From Eledone cirrhosa (taxonomy: Eukaryota): a stretch of 64,000 nt of DNA. The DNA is taken from NCBI GenBank assembly GCA_964016885.1, contig OZ024743.1, positions 52,948,001 to 53,012,000 on the forward strand. The letters run 5' to 3'. Position 1 is the first letter of the stretch. The number at the start of each line of letters is the position of its first letter. The notes beneath the pieces were generated by a model. That model had not been told where the DNA came from. It saw only the letters and a list, made by a program, of their open reading frames with translations, and made no database searches. Of the stretch, positions 37,501 to 51,410 are shown in pieces. Made by a program: the position numbers and the translations under genes.

Positions 37501-40500
37501 AATAGTTCCACTGCCACTTCTGACATTACCACACTATTACTGCAGTTCTTCCACCTCCCAGACTACCATTTCTCCAGAATAGTTCCACTGCCACTTCTGA
37601 CATTACCACACTATTACTACAGTTCTTCCACCTCCCAGACTACCATTTCTCCAGAATAGTTCCACTGCCACTTCTGACATTACCACACTATTACTACAGT
37701 TCTTCCACCTCCCAGACTACCATTTCTCCAGAATAGTTCCACTGCCACTTCTGACATTACCACACTATTACTACAGTTCTTCCACCTCCCAGACTACCAT
37801 TTCTCCAGAATAGTTCCACTGCCACTTCTGACATTACCACACCATTACTACAGTTCTTCCACCTCCCAGACTACCATTTCTCCAGAATAGTTCCACTGCC
37901 ACTTCTGACATTACCACACTATTACTACAGTTCTTCCACCTCTCAGACTACCATTTCTCCAGAATAGTTCCACTGCCACTTCTGACATTACCACACTATT
38001 ACTACAGTTCTTCCACCTCTCTGACTACCATTTCTCCAGAATAGTTCCACTGCCACTTCTGACATTACCACACTATTACTACAGTTCTTCCACCTCCCAG
38101 ACTACCATTTCTCCAGAATAGTTCCACTGCCACTTCTGACATTACCACACTATTACTACAGTTCTTCCACCTCCCAGACTACCATTTCTCCAGAATAGTT
38201 CCACTGCCACTTCTGACATTACCACACTATTACTACAGTTCTTCCACCTCTCAGACTACCATTTCTCCAGAATAGTTCCACTGCCACTTCTGACATTACC
38301 ACACTATTACTACAGTTCTTCCACCTCTCAGACTACCATTTCTCCAGAATAGTTCCACTGCCACTTCTGATATTACCACACCATTACTACGGTTCTTCCA
38401 CCTCTCTGACTACCATTTCTGCAGAATAGTTCCAGTGCCACTTCTGACATTACCACACTATTACTACAGTTCTTCCACCTCTCTGACTACCATTTCTCCA
38501 GAATAGTTCCACTGCCACTTCTGACATTACCACACTATTACTGCAGTTCTTCCACCTCTCTGACTACCATTTCTCCAGAATAGTTCCACTGCCACTTCTG
38601 ACATTACCACACTATTACTACAGTTCTTCCACCTCCCAGACTACCATTTCTCCAGAATAGTTCCACTGCCACTTCTGACATTACCACACTATTACTACAG
38701 TTCTTCCACCTCCCAGACTACCATTTCTCCAGAATAGTTCCACTGCCACTTCTGACATTACCACACTATTACTACAGTTCTTCCACCTCCCAGACTACCA
38801 TTTCTCCAGAATAGTTCCACTGCCACTTCTGACATTACCACACTATTACTACAGTTCTTCCACCTCTCAGACTACCATTTCTCCAGAATAGTTCCACTGC
38901 CACTTCTGACATTACCACACTATTACTACAGTTCTTCCACCTCTCTGACTACCATTTCTCCAGAATAGTTCCACTGCCACTTCTGACATTACCACACTAT
39001 TACTACAGTTCTTCCACCTCCCAGACTACCATTTCTCCAGAATAGTTCCACTGCCACTTCTGACATTACCACACTATTACTACAGTTCTTCCACCTCCCA
39101 GACTACCATTTCTCCAGAATAGTTCCACTGCCACTTCTGACATTACCACACTATTACTACAGTTCTTCCACCTCTCAGACTACCATTTCTCCAGAATAGT
39201 TCCACTGCCACTTCTGACATTACCACACTATTACTACAGTTCTTCCACCTCTCAGACTACCATTTCTCCAGAATAGTTCCACTGCCACTTCTGATATTAC
39301 CACACCATTACTACGGTTCTTCCACCTCTCTGACTACCATTTCTGCAGAATAGTTCCAGTGCCACTTCTGAAATTACCACACTATTACTACAGTTCTTCC
39401 ACCTCTCTGACTACCATTTCTCCAGAATAGTTCCACTGCCACTTCTGACATTACCACACTATTACTGCAGTTCTTCCACCTCTCTGACTACCATTTCTCC
39501 AGAATAGTTCCACTGCCACTTCTGACATTACCACACTATTACTACAGTTCTTCCACCTCCCAGACTACCATTTCTCCAGAATAGTTCCACTGCCACTTCT
39601 GACATTACCACACTATTACTACAGTTCTTCCACCTCCCAGACTACCATTTCTCCAGAATAGTTCCACTGCCACTTCTGACATTACCACACTATTACTACA
39701 GTTCTTCCACCTCTCAGACTACCATTTCTCCAGAATAGTTCCACTGCCACTTCTGACATTACCACACTATTACTACAGTTCTTCCACCTCTCAGACTACC
39801 ATTTCTCCAGAATAGTTCCACTGCCACTTCTGATATTACCACACCATTACTACGGTTCTTCCACCTCTCTGACTACCATTTCTGCAGAATAGTTCCAGTG
39901 CCACTTCTGACATTACCACACTATTACTACAGTTCTTCCACCTCTCTGACTACCATTTCTCCAGAATAGTTCCACTGCCACTTCTGACATTACCACACTA
40001 TTACTGCAGTTCTTCCACCTCTCTGACTACCATTTCTCCAGAATAGTTCCACTGCCACTTCTGATATTACCACACTATTACTACAGTTCTTCCACCTCTC
40101 AGACTACCATTTCTCCAGAATAGTTCCACTGCAACTTCTGACATTACCACACTATTACTGCAGTTCTTCCACCTCTCTGACTACCATTTCTCCAGAATAG
40201 TTCCACTGCCACTTCTGACATTACCACACTATTACTACAGTTCTTCCACCTCTCTGACTACCATTTCTGCAGAATAGTTCCAGTGCCACTTCTGACATTA
40301 CCACACTATTACTACAGTTCTTCCACCTCTCTGACTACCATTTCTCCAGAATAGTTCCACTGCCACTTCTGACATTACCACACTATTACTACAGTTCTTC
40401 CACCTCTCTGACTACCATTTCTCCAGAATAGTTCCACTGCCACTTCTGACATTACCACACTATTACTACAGTTCTTCCACCTCTCAGACTACCATTTCTC

Positions 40501-41046
40501 CAGAATAGTTCCACTGTAACTTCTGACATTACCACACTATTACTGCAGTTCTTCCACCTCTCTGACTACCATTTCTCCAGAATAGTTCCACTGCAACTTC
40601 TGACATTACCACACTATTACTGCAGTTCTTCCACCTCTCTGACTACCATTTCTCCAGAATAGTTCCACTGCCACTTCTGACATTACCACACTATTACTAC
40701 AGTTCTTCCACCTCTCTGACTACCATTTCTCCAGAATAGTTCCACTGCCACTTCTGATATTACCACACTATTACTACAGTTCTTCCACCTCTCAGACTAC
40801 CATTTCTCCAGAATAGTTCCACTGCCACTTCTGACATTACCACACTATTACTACAGTTCTTCCACCTCTCTGACTACCATTTCTCTAGAATAGTTCCACT
40901 GCCACTTCTGACATTACCACACTATTACTACAGTTCTTCCACCTCTCTGACTACCATTTCTGCAGAATAGTTCCAGTGCCACTTCTGACATTACCACACT
41001 ATTACTGCAGTTCTTCCACCTCTCAGACTACCATTTCTCCAGAATA
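37501..41046. repeat. 77-bp satellite, about 46 copies
   Basis: AATAGTTCCACTGCCACTTCTGACATTACCACACTATTACTACAGTTCTTCCACCTCCCAGACTACCATTTCTCCAG repeated. Confidence 0.97.
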
Positions 41047-41510
41047 ATCTAGTCTCATATTTCTCACATCATACTCTTACACTTTCAACATGGTGCAATC
41101 ACACAGTCTCACGCATACACATACATACACACACCCACATACACATACATACACACATACACATGCATATACACACATACACAGACACATACACATACAG
41201 ATACATACACACACACTCACGCACACGCATACATACACATGCACATACATACACACACATTCACGCTTACACATACATACACACACATATACATACACTT
41301 ACATACTGTACATACACTTACATGCAAACTGCACACATACACACTATACACATACAGACACGCACATAGACACGCATACACAGACATACACATACATATA
41401 CACACACACACACATACTCACACATACACATACACACACATATATATATATAGAGAGAGAGATACAGACACATATACGAAAAGGTAGCACTCACACTATA
41501 CAACCATACC

Positions 41511-41675
41511 CAGGGACGTCTTAACAGCATTATAGCTCCCCCCCCCCGGGCAAAGCAGAGCACTGGGGCCCCTACTTACACAACCACTCACAGGAATAAA
41601 AATACAAATGGGCTCCCTATCCTCGTCGGACCCCCTGGCAACTGCCCAGCGTGCCCATGCGTTAAGACGGCCCTG
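41511..41675. mobile_element. hAT-like MITE
   Basis: TIR CAGGG.CGTCTTAAC with a perfect 8-bp TSD ACCATACC (41503-41510 and 41676-41683). Confidence 0.88.
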
Positions 41676-42015
41676 ACCATACCCCCATACCAGCACCACT
41701 GAGGTACCCAGGTACTCCACCACATACACTCAACATGTCTGCCCATCTTGTCTCCCTCATAAACCCAATTTCCTTCTTTTTCTCGTCATATTTATTCTCT
41801 TCCAACCTTTCTCTCTCCTAACTTCCCCCTTTCCCGATGAAGGTGTAACGTCCGATACGCCGAAGATACTCCCTACTTTTCATTTCCCACAAGCGTTAAA
41901 CTAATAATACCTTTTTGTACGTAATTGTTCTCCATGCTTGTCTCTCTTTTTTTACACACACATACACGTATGTGTGTGTGTGTATGTGTGTGTATGTATG
42001 TGTGTATGTATGTGT

Positions 42016-42099
<84 letters not shown>

Positions 42100-42410
42100 G
42101 TGTGTATGTGTGTATGTGTGTGTGAATGTGTATGTGTGTGTGTGTATGTGCGTGTATGTGTGTGTGAATGTGTATGTTTGTGTGTGTGTGGATGCACCAC
42201 CTTGAATGTGTAAGTGTACGATGTGAAAATTGTGGAAACTTGATAATTTTTGTGAAATCCTGTTTAGCGGATGCTTTAGTTGGATGATGTGTGACGTATC
42301 TGGTGTATAATTTTATATCTGATATATATATATATATCAGTCAGTAGGCATCTCTAACAAAATACAGTACCTTACTTACTGTGGTTACCTCCGATTCAAA
42401 CCGGGATAAC

Positions 42411-42483
<73 letters not shown>

Positions 42484-42486
<3 letters not shown>

Positions 42487-43800
42487 GTGGAACACTGGAA
42501 GATAATATCCGTAGTGGTAGAGCACTCAGTCCATGGGACGATTTAGGTAGAAGTGGTTACACAACAGTTAGTTCACCATACCGAGAACAATTGTTTCACC
42601 TTAGCGGATCCTCAGCTCGGAATGAGCACGGTTATACGAACAGGAAGGACAACCGTACGAAAGCGCATGCGCAGAAACCCGGTCACTTCACACAGGCAAT
42701 ACTAGACTGCGTGCGGGAGGTGTAACGGAGATAACTGCGAAAGTCCGAAAAGATTTTAGTTGAAAAATAGAATTTCAAAGAATCAGTCCGGAGCCTTATG
42801 TTATGCAATAGGTGTTTGGCGACGTGTGGACAACGTGTGAAAAATTCATTTCTCGTGTTTAGGCAATCATTATTGCGTAATCTCTTTAGAATAGTTATTC
42901 GTTCGTCAATACATAAGCCACACGTCGGATTTCCCCTTGCGTATGGCTTGGACTTAGTGATGGCTTTCCATTGAATGGAGTAGTCTATACTTGAGTCCTT
43001 GAGGGACCATACGTGGCTCGCGAGTTTCGTGGATGAACGCCTGTCCGGGTACCTGAAGGTAGACTGGTGGTTCAGAAAACGTTCCTTAAATCGGCCCTCC
43101 GCCATGCCCACATAGGATTTGACCTCCTGTGGTTCGTTTGGTCGGTTGGAAGTGACCACAGCTTCGTAAATTACAGCTGGTGTGTTGCATTGCTGTTGAA
43201 GGAGGCAAGCTTCAGGCCTACGGCAAGAGCACCATGGTGGGGTGTTGCTCCTAGGGCTGCTGGTGATGTGGGCCTTCATGTTCTTAGCGCAGGAGTATCC
43301 TAGTTTAACTTTGTGTCGGTTAAAGATGGAGCGGTATTTATGACCTATGGGAAAGTGTCTATCTAAGAGGGCTAGAAATCTTTTTCCTACATTGGTTTTA
43401 ACGTTGAGTGAAAAGGGAGGAGAGAACCAGATAGTTTGTCTATTGTTGCGCTTACTTTTCTTAATGGTGTTGTTGCTAGTGGGAGAGTAAGTGATAGGTT
43501 GTGAGAAGCCGCTGTTAGCCAACGCCGTGTTATAGTAGGGTGCCGCCCTATCAAAGATAGCCTTATTAGAGGAGAGGTTTGAGATTCTAGTACTGATATT
43601 CTTAACGAAGTTTCTAAAAACAGTGGGAGGGTGGCATGAGTCCTTGTGAATGTAATTTAGTTTCTCGTTTAGCTTATGGGAGGGTCTGTGGGTGTGTATG
43701 CGAAGGTCTAAATTAATGTCTAAGAAATTTACACTAGAGAGGTTGGTGGCTACTGTTATCCTAAGTCCTAACTCATTGAAGGTAGAAGCTAACTTTAAAT
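42484..43800 (-). mobile_element. Penelope-like element (Naiad-type) 3' fragment: RT C-terminus/thumb, Cys-rich linker, GIY-YIG endonuclease, 3' pLTR with hammerhead
   Basis: The frame stays open upstream of the listed ORF to about 43800 (VNFLDINLDL, YIHKDSCHPP, RISNLSS). It continues with WFSPPFS, CSC...C...C, VIYEA...SYVG (GIY-YIG variant), FKERFLNH, CGLC..E and CPH. The 3' side abuts (TA)n. Confidence 0.85.
42581..42620 (-). ncRNA. Intact minimal hammerhead ribozyme at the 3' end of the Penelope element
   Basis: Minus strand reads CCGAG-CTGAGGA-tCC gctaa GGt-GAAA-CAATTG-TT|CTCGG: perfect 5-bp stem I and palindromic stem III (ACAATTGT). Same strand as the PLE ORF and about 60 nt past its stop. 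Confidence 0.85.
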
Positions 43801-44112
43801 TCTCTTATCGAGTGGTCTTGGATTTCCTTACCTTAAGTTGCTCCACATTGCTCGGTTTGTTTGTTTTTTTGCTGTTTTGTTACTGTTTTCTCCTTTCTTC
43901 CTTTTTGCTTTCCTTCCTCCCTCCTCTGTTTTCCCAATAACTTATTGACGCCCTGGGGCGAGATATATTGTCTTTAAAGCGTAGAAATATCCGAGACCCC
44001 CAGTAGACAATTGATGAGGACCCCCCCCCCCCGCGCAGAGTTCTTACTTTCTTTCTATTCCCACTGCATTTTAAGTTACCTTAAATAGCAACTACACAGC
44101 CATTTCTATTCT

Positions 44113-44198
<86 letters not shown>

Positions 44199-44226
44199 TT
44201 ATGTAATAAACAACATAAGACAATTA

Positions 44227-44295
44227 TTCCATTTACCAAAGGTTTCATGAAGACAGACGAGCTCAATACAGACGTCTGAAATCTCTCATCAGAAT
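44227..44295 (-). ncRNA. Hammerhead ribozyme, second copy of the 44.5 kb family
   Basis: Minus strand reads ATT-CTGATGA-GAGA..CAGACG..CGTCTG..TCAT-GAAA-CCTTTGG-TA|AAT. The + arm copy at 44325-44398 has a disrupted core (CTGATGTGATGA). Confidence 0.6.
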
Positions 44296-44552
44296 CTGAA
44301 ATCGCTCATCAGAATCAGAATAAGTTCTGATGTGATGAGCGATTTCAGACGTCTGTGTTGAGCTCGTCTGTCTTCGTGAAACCTTTGGTAAATGGAATAA
44401 TTGTCTTATGTTGTTTATTACATAACTAAATAGCTCTGTTATTATATATATATATATGTTAAGTATTTCTCTACAAAAGGTAAAGGAAAGAAGAGTACTC
44501 TATGTATAGTACAGTGCTATTTAATTATGTAATAAACAACACAATATAATTA

Positions 44553-44623
44553 TTCCATTACCAAAGGTTTCACGAAGTTAGACGATTCTAACAGAAACGT
44601 CTGATATCGCTCATCAGAAGGAA
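44553..44623 (-). ncRNA. Hammerhead ribozyme with extended stem II
   Basis: Minus strand reads TTCCTT-CTGATGA-GCGA..AGACG..CGTCT..TCGT-GAAA-CC ttt GG-TA|ATGGAA, GUA triplet. Confidence 0.75.
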
Positions 44624-44701
44624 TCTTTATTTAGAATCGTCTAACTTCGTGAAACCTTGGGTAATGGAATAGTTATATTGTATTGTTTATTACATAATTA
44701 A

Positions 44702-44814
<113 letters not shown>

Positions 44815-46321
44815 TCAGTCAGTCGCTGTGTGTGGTTCTATATCGAAGCCGTTTAATAATCAAGAGGTTACGTTTGTTTCTGTACCTCATAAACAATACG
44901 TCTCACGACTTACCCGTTAACCAAATCTCAGCAGTATATACCATAAAAATAACAAAGTATGGCTTGGCATGGTGAAGAACATCCGGTCCTGTTTTCCATG
45001 GCGGTCTAGATTGGATGAGGTTTCTTGTGACAGTTCTTCTACGGTAGGATAACCTTCTTGGCGGCAACCTTTACTTATTGAAAGAAAAATAAATGTGAAT
45101 TTATTCCACTGGACTTTACACCAACGAGTTGCCGGACATGTTGTTTATGTAGGACATAAACAAACGTCACTGCTGCGTAAACGGTGTCAATGGGAACACA
45201 AGCACACATGATACAGCAAATACATACACTTGTAAAACTAACCTCTAATTTGGGTTATACATTCCACAGTTATTTGTTGTGTTTATTTATTTATTTATTT
45301 ATTGTATTTTCTCCTCTCCGTTACTGAAAACAATTTCTCAGGAGACAGGAAATACTTGCATAAATCATCGTATGACCTTCCCTGCACCAACCCTCCAAAG
45401 GGACTTTACTGCATTTTATTTTTCTTCTTGTTTGTGTTTATTGTTGTTGTAGTTGTTTTATTTGTATGCAAGGATAAAACTAGTTGAATTTTCTTCGTTG
45501 AGTCGAGTTGGCTTTCGGGAAGAATTTATGTATCATAATTCTTTCTGATTGCCAAGAGATGTTGGGTTCAGTAGGGAGCTAGTGTTGTGTGGCCTGGAAG
45601 GGAAAAGAAGAATTTAAGAACTAACATAGAAAGATTTTACCTGGCTACACTTTTTAGCAAAATGTTACACTTCACCAAGAGACTGTGTATTCCGAAGAAG
45701 AAAGGTAAGTATTGAGGAATTGTCAACTAATTTGAATGAAAATACTAGAACAAATCTTTCAGAAATGCTGGAAAATGGTTCATTCTCTATCTTTCTATTC
45801 CGTCTTTTTTTCTCATTCTATCTTCTGATCAAATGATAAAAGGCCAGTGTCCGAAACATTCAGACGCTTTTCCTACTATATCAAGCGTTAAACTAATATT
45901 TTTCTTCATTTTACTGTGTTGTTTGATTTGGTATTTCTGTTTACTTTTTGCATACGTACGTACATATGTATGTATGTACGTACATATGTATGTATGTATG
46001 AATGTATGTACGTACATATGTATGTATGTATGTACGTACATATGTATATATGTATGTATGTATGTATGTATGTACGTACATATGTATGTATGTATTTTCT
46101 TCTGCTTTTATAATTTCACAAAGTTTTACCAATAGAGAGAGAGTCGGTTTCTAACATAGACACAAGACTCTCTCATTGGAATTTACACATCAACTAGGTA
46201 GATATGTATGTATGCATGCATGTGTAGATATGGATGTTATTGTATGTGTGGATGTGTATGTTTTGAGTTGTATGTGTGCATGTGTATATGCTTTGCATCT
46301 GTACATGTGTATATGCAGTTA

Positions 46322-49300
46322 TTAGATGCGAAATTTTTGGAATGTTTTAGATATTTTTACTGTGCCATTAATGGATTGTACTTGTAATTTCCTAACTAGT
46401 TGTGTTCTTTCTGTTCCTGTGAAGCCTAGCTTCTCAAGATTTGTATTGAGGCAGTTACTAACATACCCCAGTGCCCCAATAATCACAGGCATAAATCTGA
46501 AGGTGTAATCAGGGTGGAGTATCTGCAGATTTCTCATCAGTTCTGCATAAATATTCTCCTTTTTGCTAATCTTTGATATTATATTGGCATCTGCTGGGCA
46601 GCTAATTTCCACTACTGTGCATGCTTTCTTCTCCCTGTCCCATATAATATCTGGTCTGTTATGCCTGCATTTTATTGGGGTGTTACTGGAACATTCCACC
46701 AGTACTCTTTCATCTTATGTACATGGATGTCTTCCACATTGCTGTAGCTTTTAATGTGTTTATTATCGGGGCTATCTTTTTTACGAACTGCATTGTACAG
46801 TGTTTTGGCCACTACATGATGCCTCATAGGTAGATAGTACCGCGATGACATCTTTGAACAGCTGCTGATGACATGGGTGATATCCTCGATGTTAGTTCTG
46901 CAGAGTCTGCACTTGTTATCACATCTAGGTGTTTTGTCTGCATCCCTATCTCTGTTGTGAATCAGGTATTTCGTGTTAATCTCCTGTTCTTGGATTGCAA
47001 AAGCGTATCCTTCAAAGTGGGAGCCAATATAGCGGTTGTTGGTCCAAGATAGACTACTTTCCTTATCTATATTACTCTCACTTTGGAGCTTCCTGGCAAC
47101 AAATCCATGCATGATTTTTTTGCTGATAAGCATGCAGTTTTTCATCCATGGATTCACTGCGATACTGTTGAGCGACTTCCCTGGGTGTGAGTTTTTGATT
47201 ATCACACAGGGAATATCTCTCGAGGAGTTCCTTCCCAACGCTCATGATCTTATCTGCTTCATGCAGATAGACTTGCTCGAGAAACGAGCTCCTACGCTTC
47301 GAGATTCGTAGATGTTGTCGGAGAGATATGATGCGACATTCAAATGCTGTCTGGACTGATGTTAGGCCTCTACCTCCCTGCTTACGTTTCAAGTAAAGGC
47401 GGTCTATGTCACTGTTGATGTGGACATTTCCGGTGTTGTTTAGTATTTTTCGAGTTCCAACATCAACTGCTCGGATTTCGTCTATCGTCCAATTGAGTAT
47501 TCCAAACGTTGGTGTTAGGACAGGCACAGCAAACACATTGTGAGCCCCTGTTTTGTTTTGCGCAGAGAGTTCCGATGACCAGATCTTTCTTAATCAGGTG
47601 TAGTATTCCCTGGTTACGCGTTCTTTATTAGATACCATTATAGGATGTGTTCTCATCTATCCGCAGTTATCTGTAGCAGTCCTCATCAGATATCGGTGAA
47701 ACAGTTAGGCCATTGATGACAATGTTGCTAGATTGGGTTGTTGTTTTTCCCCGCTTTACAGTCATGTATGAATCTTGGCCGAACTCCATTCCTATATTCT
47801 TTGAGAATGTTGTAACCATGTCAAGATTTTTCTTCATCCATGTTCTTGGCATATAGTTTCAGATCGCCCACAAAGAAATTATGGGTTAGGTTCGTATTTC
47901 TGTCCTCCTGTGAGCCAATGATGTATCCCTCACATTTCTTGAGCAGAAAGGACAAGGGGTTTAATGACAAGATGAATAATATCACAGAGAGACTATCTCC
48001 CTGAAATATACCCCTGCAATATTTTATTTTATCAGTGAAAATAGAGTCCTCCCTCTCTGTCTTTAACCTTAGTATAGTAGCCCAAGAAGAAGACAGCCTC
48101 TCTATGGCTCTGACAATAATGTCTGGGACTTTAGCAAGTTGGAGGGCCTCTATCATCCAAGAGTGGGGAACAGAATCGAAAGCTTTCCTGTAGTCCAGCT
48201 AGACTGTAGCCATATTCCTCCTAAGTTGTCGCACCTCCGACATCGCAGTTTTGTTGATTAGGAGTTGTTCAGCACATCCCCAAACCCCTTTCTTTCCAGC
48301 TGCTTGTTCATCTGTGATGATGTTATTATTTTCACAGTGATCTTGGAGGAATAGGTTCAGGCTGTATACATCTTATACATCAGGTTCTGGCATGCAATGG
48401 GTCGGTAGTTTTTTGCGAAGTGGGTGTCTTTGTTCTTGGAGACCAGTAATGTTTGTGCTAATGTCAACCATTCTGGTATAAGTGTATCTCCCTTAAGAAC
48501 TTGTTGGTAGAGGTCAGTAAGATACCTCCGATAGAATATTAGTTTTTCGTACCAGTAGCCGACAATCATGTCTCTTCCTGTTGTTTTCTTATATTGGAGT
48601 TTTCCTATCACAGTCTCAAGGGTACCCTCACTTATTTCGTATGTTTTTGTTGTAGTGTAGGAGCAATAGTTCTTTCGGATTTCTCTTAGCCACACTGCAT
48701 TTTAGTTGAAATTCTTCTTTTCACCCAATATTTTGCTCCAAAAGGAATCTATGTCTTTCTGGGATGGGGCCTCAGTGACACTTATTATTTTGCCCTTCAT
48801 ATCTCTATAGACTGATGTTTGGTTTCGTCTGAATCTTTTATTAATCACTTTTCTCTCATCTACCTTCTTCAGGTAACAGCTCTCAATTCTTGTTTGAGGG
48901 TGATCAGCTTATATTGAAGAGTTCTGATATTGAAGAGTTCTGGTTCTACTGTTACCAAACATCGTCTCTATTTTATTTTTCACTCTTTGTTGGTGAGGAG
49001 TGAGGTTTTTTTGTGCCTGTTTGCATGTAAGGAGCATTGTCACATATCCTGTTTTTTCGTAGGTCAGCAATCTTTTTTTCTATTTTAGTTATATATGATG
49101 GTATTTTTGGTGGTGTTCTGTTCTTGTTAATATCTTTGCTATCACCAAGATAATACTTCACTGTCGTTGCTAAGGCATATAAACAGGCGTTGATTTGCCA
49201 AAATGTTGGGGTTTTTATCCGTCGTAAATATTCATCCCCTATTTCGTCAATAACACGTAATATTTCATAATTTTTTTTTTTTTTTTTTTTATTAAACATT

Positions 49301-50040
49301 GTCGTTTTAATAGGTTCAGCAAGAGAGATATTTATACATGAATTAATTTCTCTTTGGAAGATTTCGTTGAGGGAAATTTTCAATTGTTTATACTTTTGAT
49401 TATTATTATTATCGATAGTGTTTTCCCCAGCATTCGAGGTAGACTTAGATGGTACAGGTGGTGTCAAGTTTCTTACAGGCATAGTTGTTTCAAGGCGCTG
49501 TTCGACCTGGCTGCTAGGAAGTCTAGTAGCTTGGTGACCTGTAGCACGTGTTGTTGATAACATGTTTGTTGTGGGAGACTTACAATTAATAATATTTATC
49601 TTATTTTTACGTTCCACAAACGTCGCTTGTTGGCGTAATTGTTTCGCTGTGAAATAATTTAGCTCTGGGTGCATTTCGTCCCAGTGTAGCTTCATTCTGT
49701 TCATATAGCCAATGGAGGGATTGTTTTTTGGCATTTTATAACAATTAAATAAATCATTATTAAGTTCGCAACTCCAAGAGTTTTCTGTTTCTTCTGTAGC
49801 TACAACTGAATAAAGTTTGTTTACCTTCTTTATTATTTGTCTTCGGTACTTCCTTAATTTTATTGTTGATGTTGTGTTCAGGCATGCTGTTTGTAGCAAA
49901 TTCTTGTAAAATGAATTATGTATTTAGTCGGATATCTCCACGAATTCGAATAAAAGGTGTCTTCAGAAGATATAGTTAGAAGAATAACCAGTTGTTCAAC
50001 ATGACTGTAGTTGTGACATTCCTGTCGGAGATAGTATTCA
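46322..50040 (-). mobile_element. R4/Dong-like non-LTR retrotransposon (RT, CCHC, RLE), frameshifted
   Basis: NYRPIAC, LDYRKAFDSVPHSW, GIFQGDSLS, RLYLKRKQGGRGL, AIQEQEI, CRLC...H....C, RH..V, NRPDI..D, VEISCP, PVIIGALG. Confidence 0.9.
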
Positions 50041-50325
50041 TCTGAAATTTAATAAATAGTCTCCCACGCCAAAATATGCGACTAATCGCGTTGACTGTAT
50101 GTATGTATGTATGTATGTATGTATGTATGTATGTATGTATGTATGTATGTATGTATGTATGTATGTATGTATGTATGTACGGTCAAATGAACTAGATACA
50201 TCGCACTGTCCCCCACCACCACAATAACGTCTACACTCTCTCCCCACCATCACATATCATTACCCTATCTAGCTAGACTAAAGTCATCGACCTGTTGTCA
50301 AACTCTCTACTCTCTGTTGAATGTG

Positions 50326-50356
<31 letters not shown>

Positions 50357-51379
50357 ATGTGTGTATATGTGTGTATATACATCACTCAGTCAAACGACCA
50401 GATTTCAACCCCAACATCTACAACAACAACACCGGCACTAATGTTTACAGCAACAACAGCTTCAGAATGAACTGAAATGAACATTTACAAGAACAACAGC
50501 GGCATCAAAAGATTTTAAAAAAAACAAAAAAAAAACACTAAAAATAACAAAACACACACACACACAACACAACACAACATCAACTGCCACCCCCACCACT
50601 ACCGCCACCGCCACCACCATCACCAGCGACCGGGCCTTAAGAAAACAACTTCAATAATAATTTTTCTGCTTTTGGCACGGATCTAGCGACTGGCCCAGCG
50701 CATCACTGGTACTCTCTTTTGTTGACTCCGTGGGGATGAAAGGCAAGGTTGACCTCGGCAGGATTTAAGCTCAGAGCGTGGAGAGCCATAGCTCTATGCT
50801 GTAAAGCAATTATAATAATACTGGACTGTAATACGATCGGCTTCAACTATACAAACTCTTGAAAGTCAACAGTTGACATAATCTTGTAATCTTGTATCAG
50901 TAATGACGGTAATATATATATATATATGTGTGTGTGTGTGTAAGTGAATAGTGTAGCGTGTGTGTGTTTGTTTGTATGTATGAGTGTTGCTGTGTGCGCG
51001 CGTATGTATGCGTGTGTGTGTATGTCGTACGTATAAGTGTCAATAAGTGATTTTTTTTTTCTTTTTTTTTTTTTGCACGGGGACATAGAAGTAATCGGGC
51101 TGGATGCCCGATCGCGCAGTTAAACCACTGGAAGTGAAGAACCCCTAGCCCTTGTCAGGGCATTCTTCTAGGAGAAGGCATCTCAGGAAACTGGGTTAAC
51201 TCCGACATAAAACCTGCGGCTCAGTAGTTACCGATGATGTTGATCTTTTCTTCTTTTCGGGTTATAGCTACTGTCGCTCAGAGAGAGGGATTGGCTCAGT
51301 GCACAGTCTTTCCTCACTTTAAAAATATTCGTCACGCACAGGCATTGCACGAGTGCATTAATAATTATTAATAGTGTAC

Positions 51380-51410
<31 letters not shown>

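Noticed and set aside
37501-41046. Regular repeats superficially like a CRISPR array (also 14155-16282)
   Set aside because: Head-to-tail units without unique spacers, no cas genes, eukaryotic context.
36587-42213. Cys/Val- and His/Thr-rich ORFs
   Set aside because: Translations of (CA)n/(TG)n microsatellites.
42683-43800. Selenocysteine recoding as reported for some Naiad elements
   Set aside because: No in-frame TGA within the recoverable frame. Conserved Cys positions use normal Cys codons.
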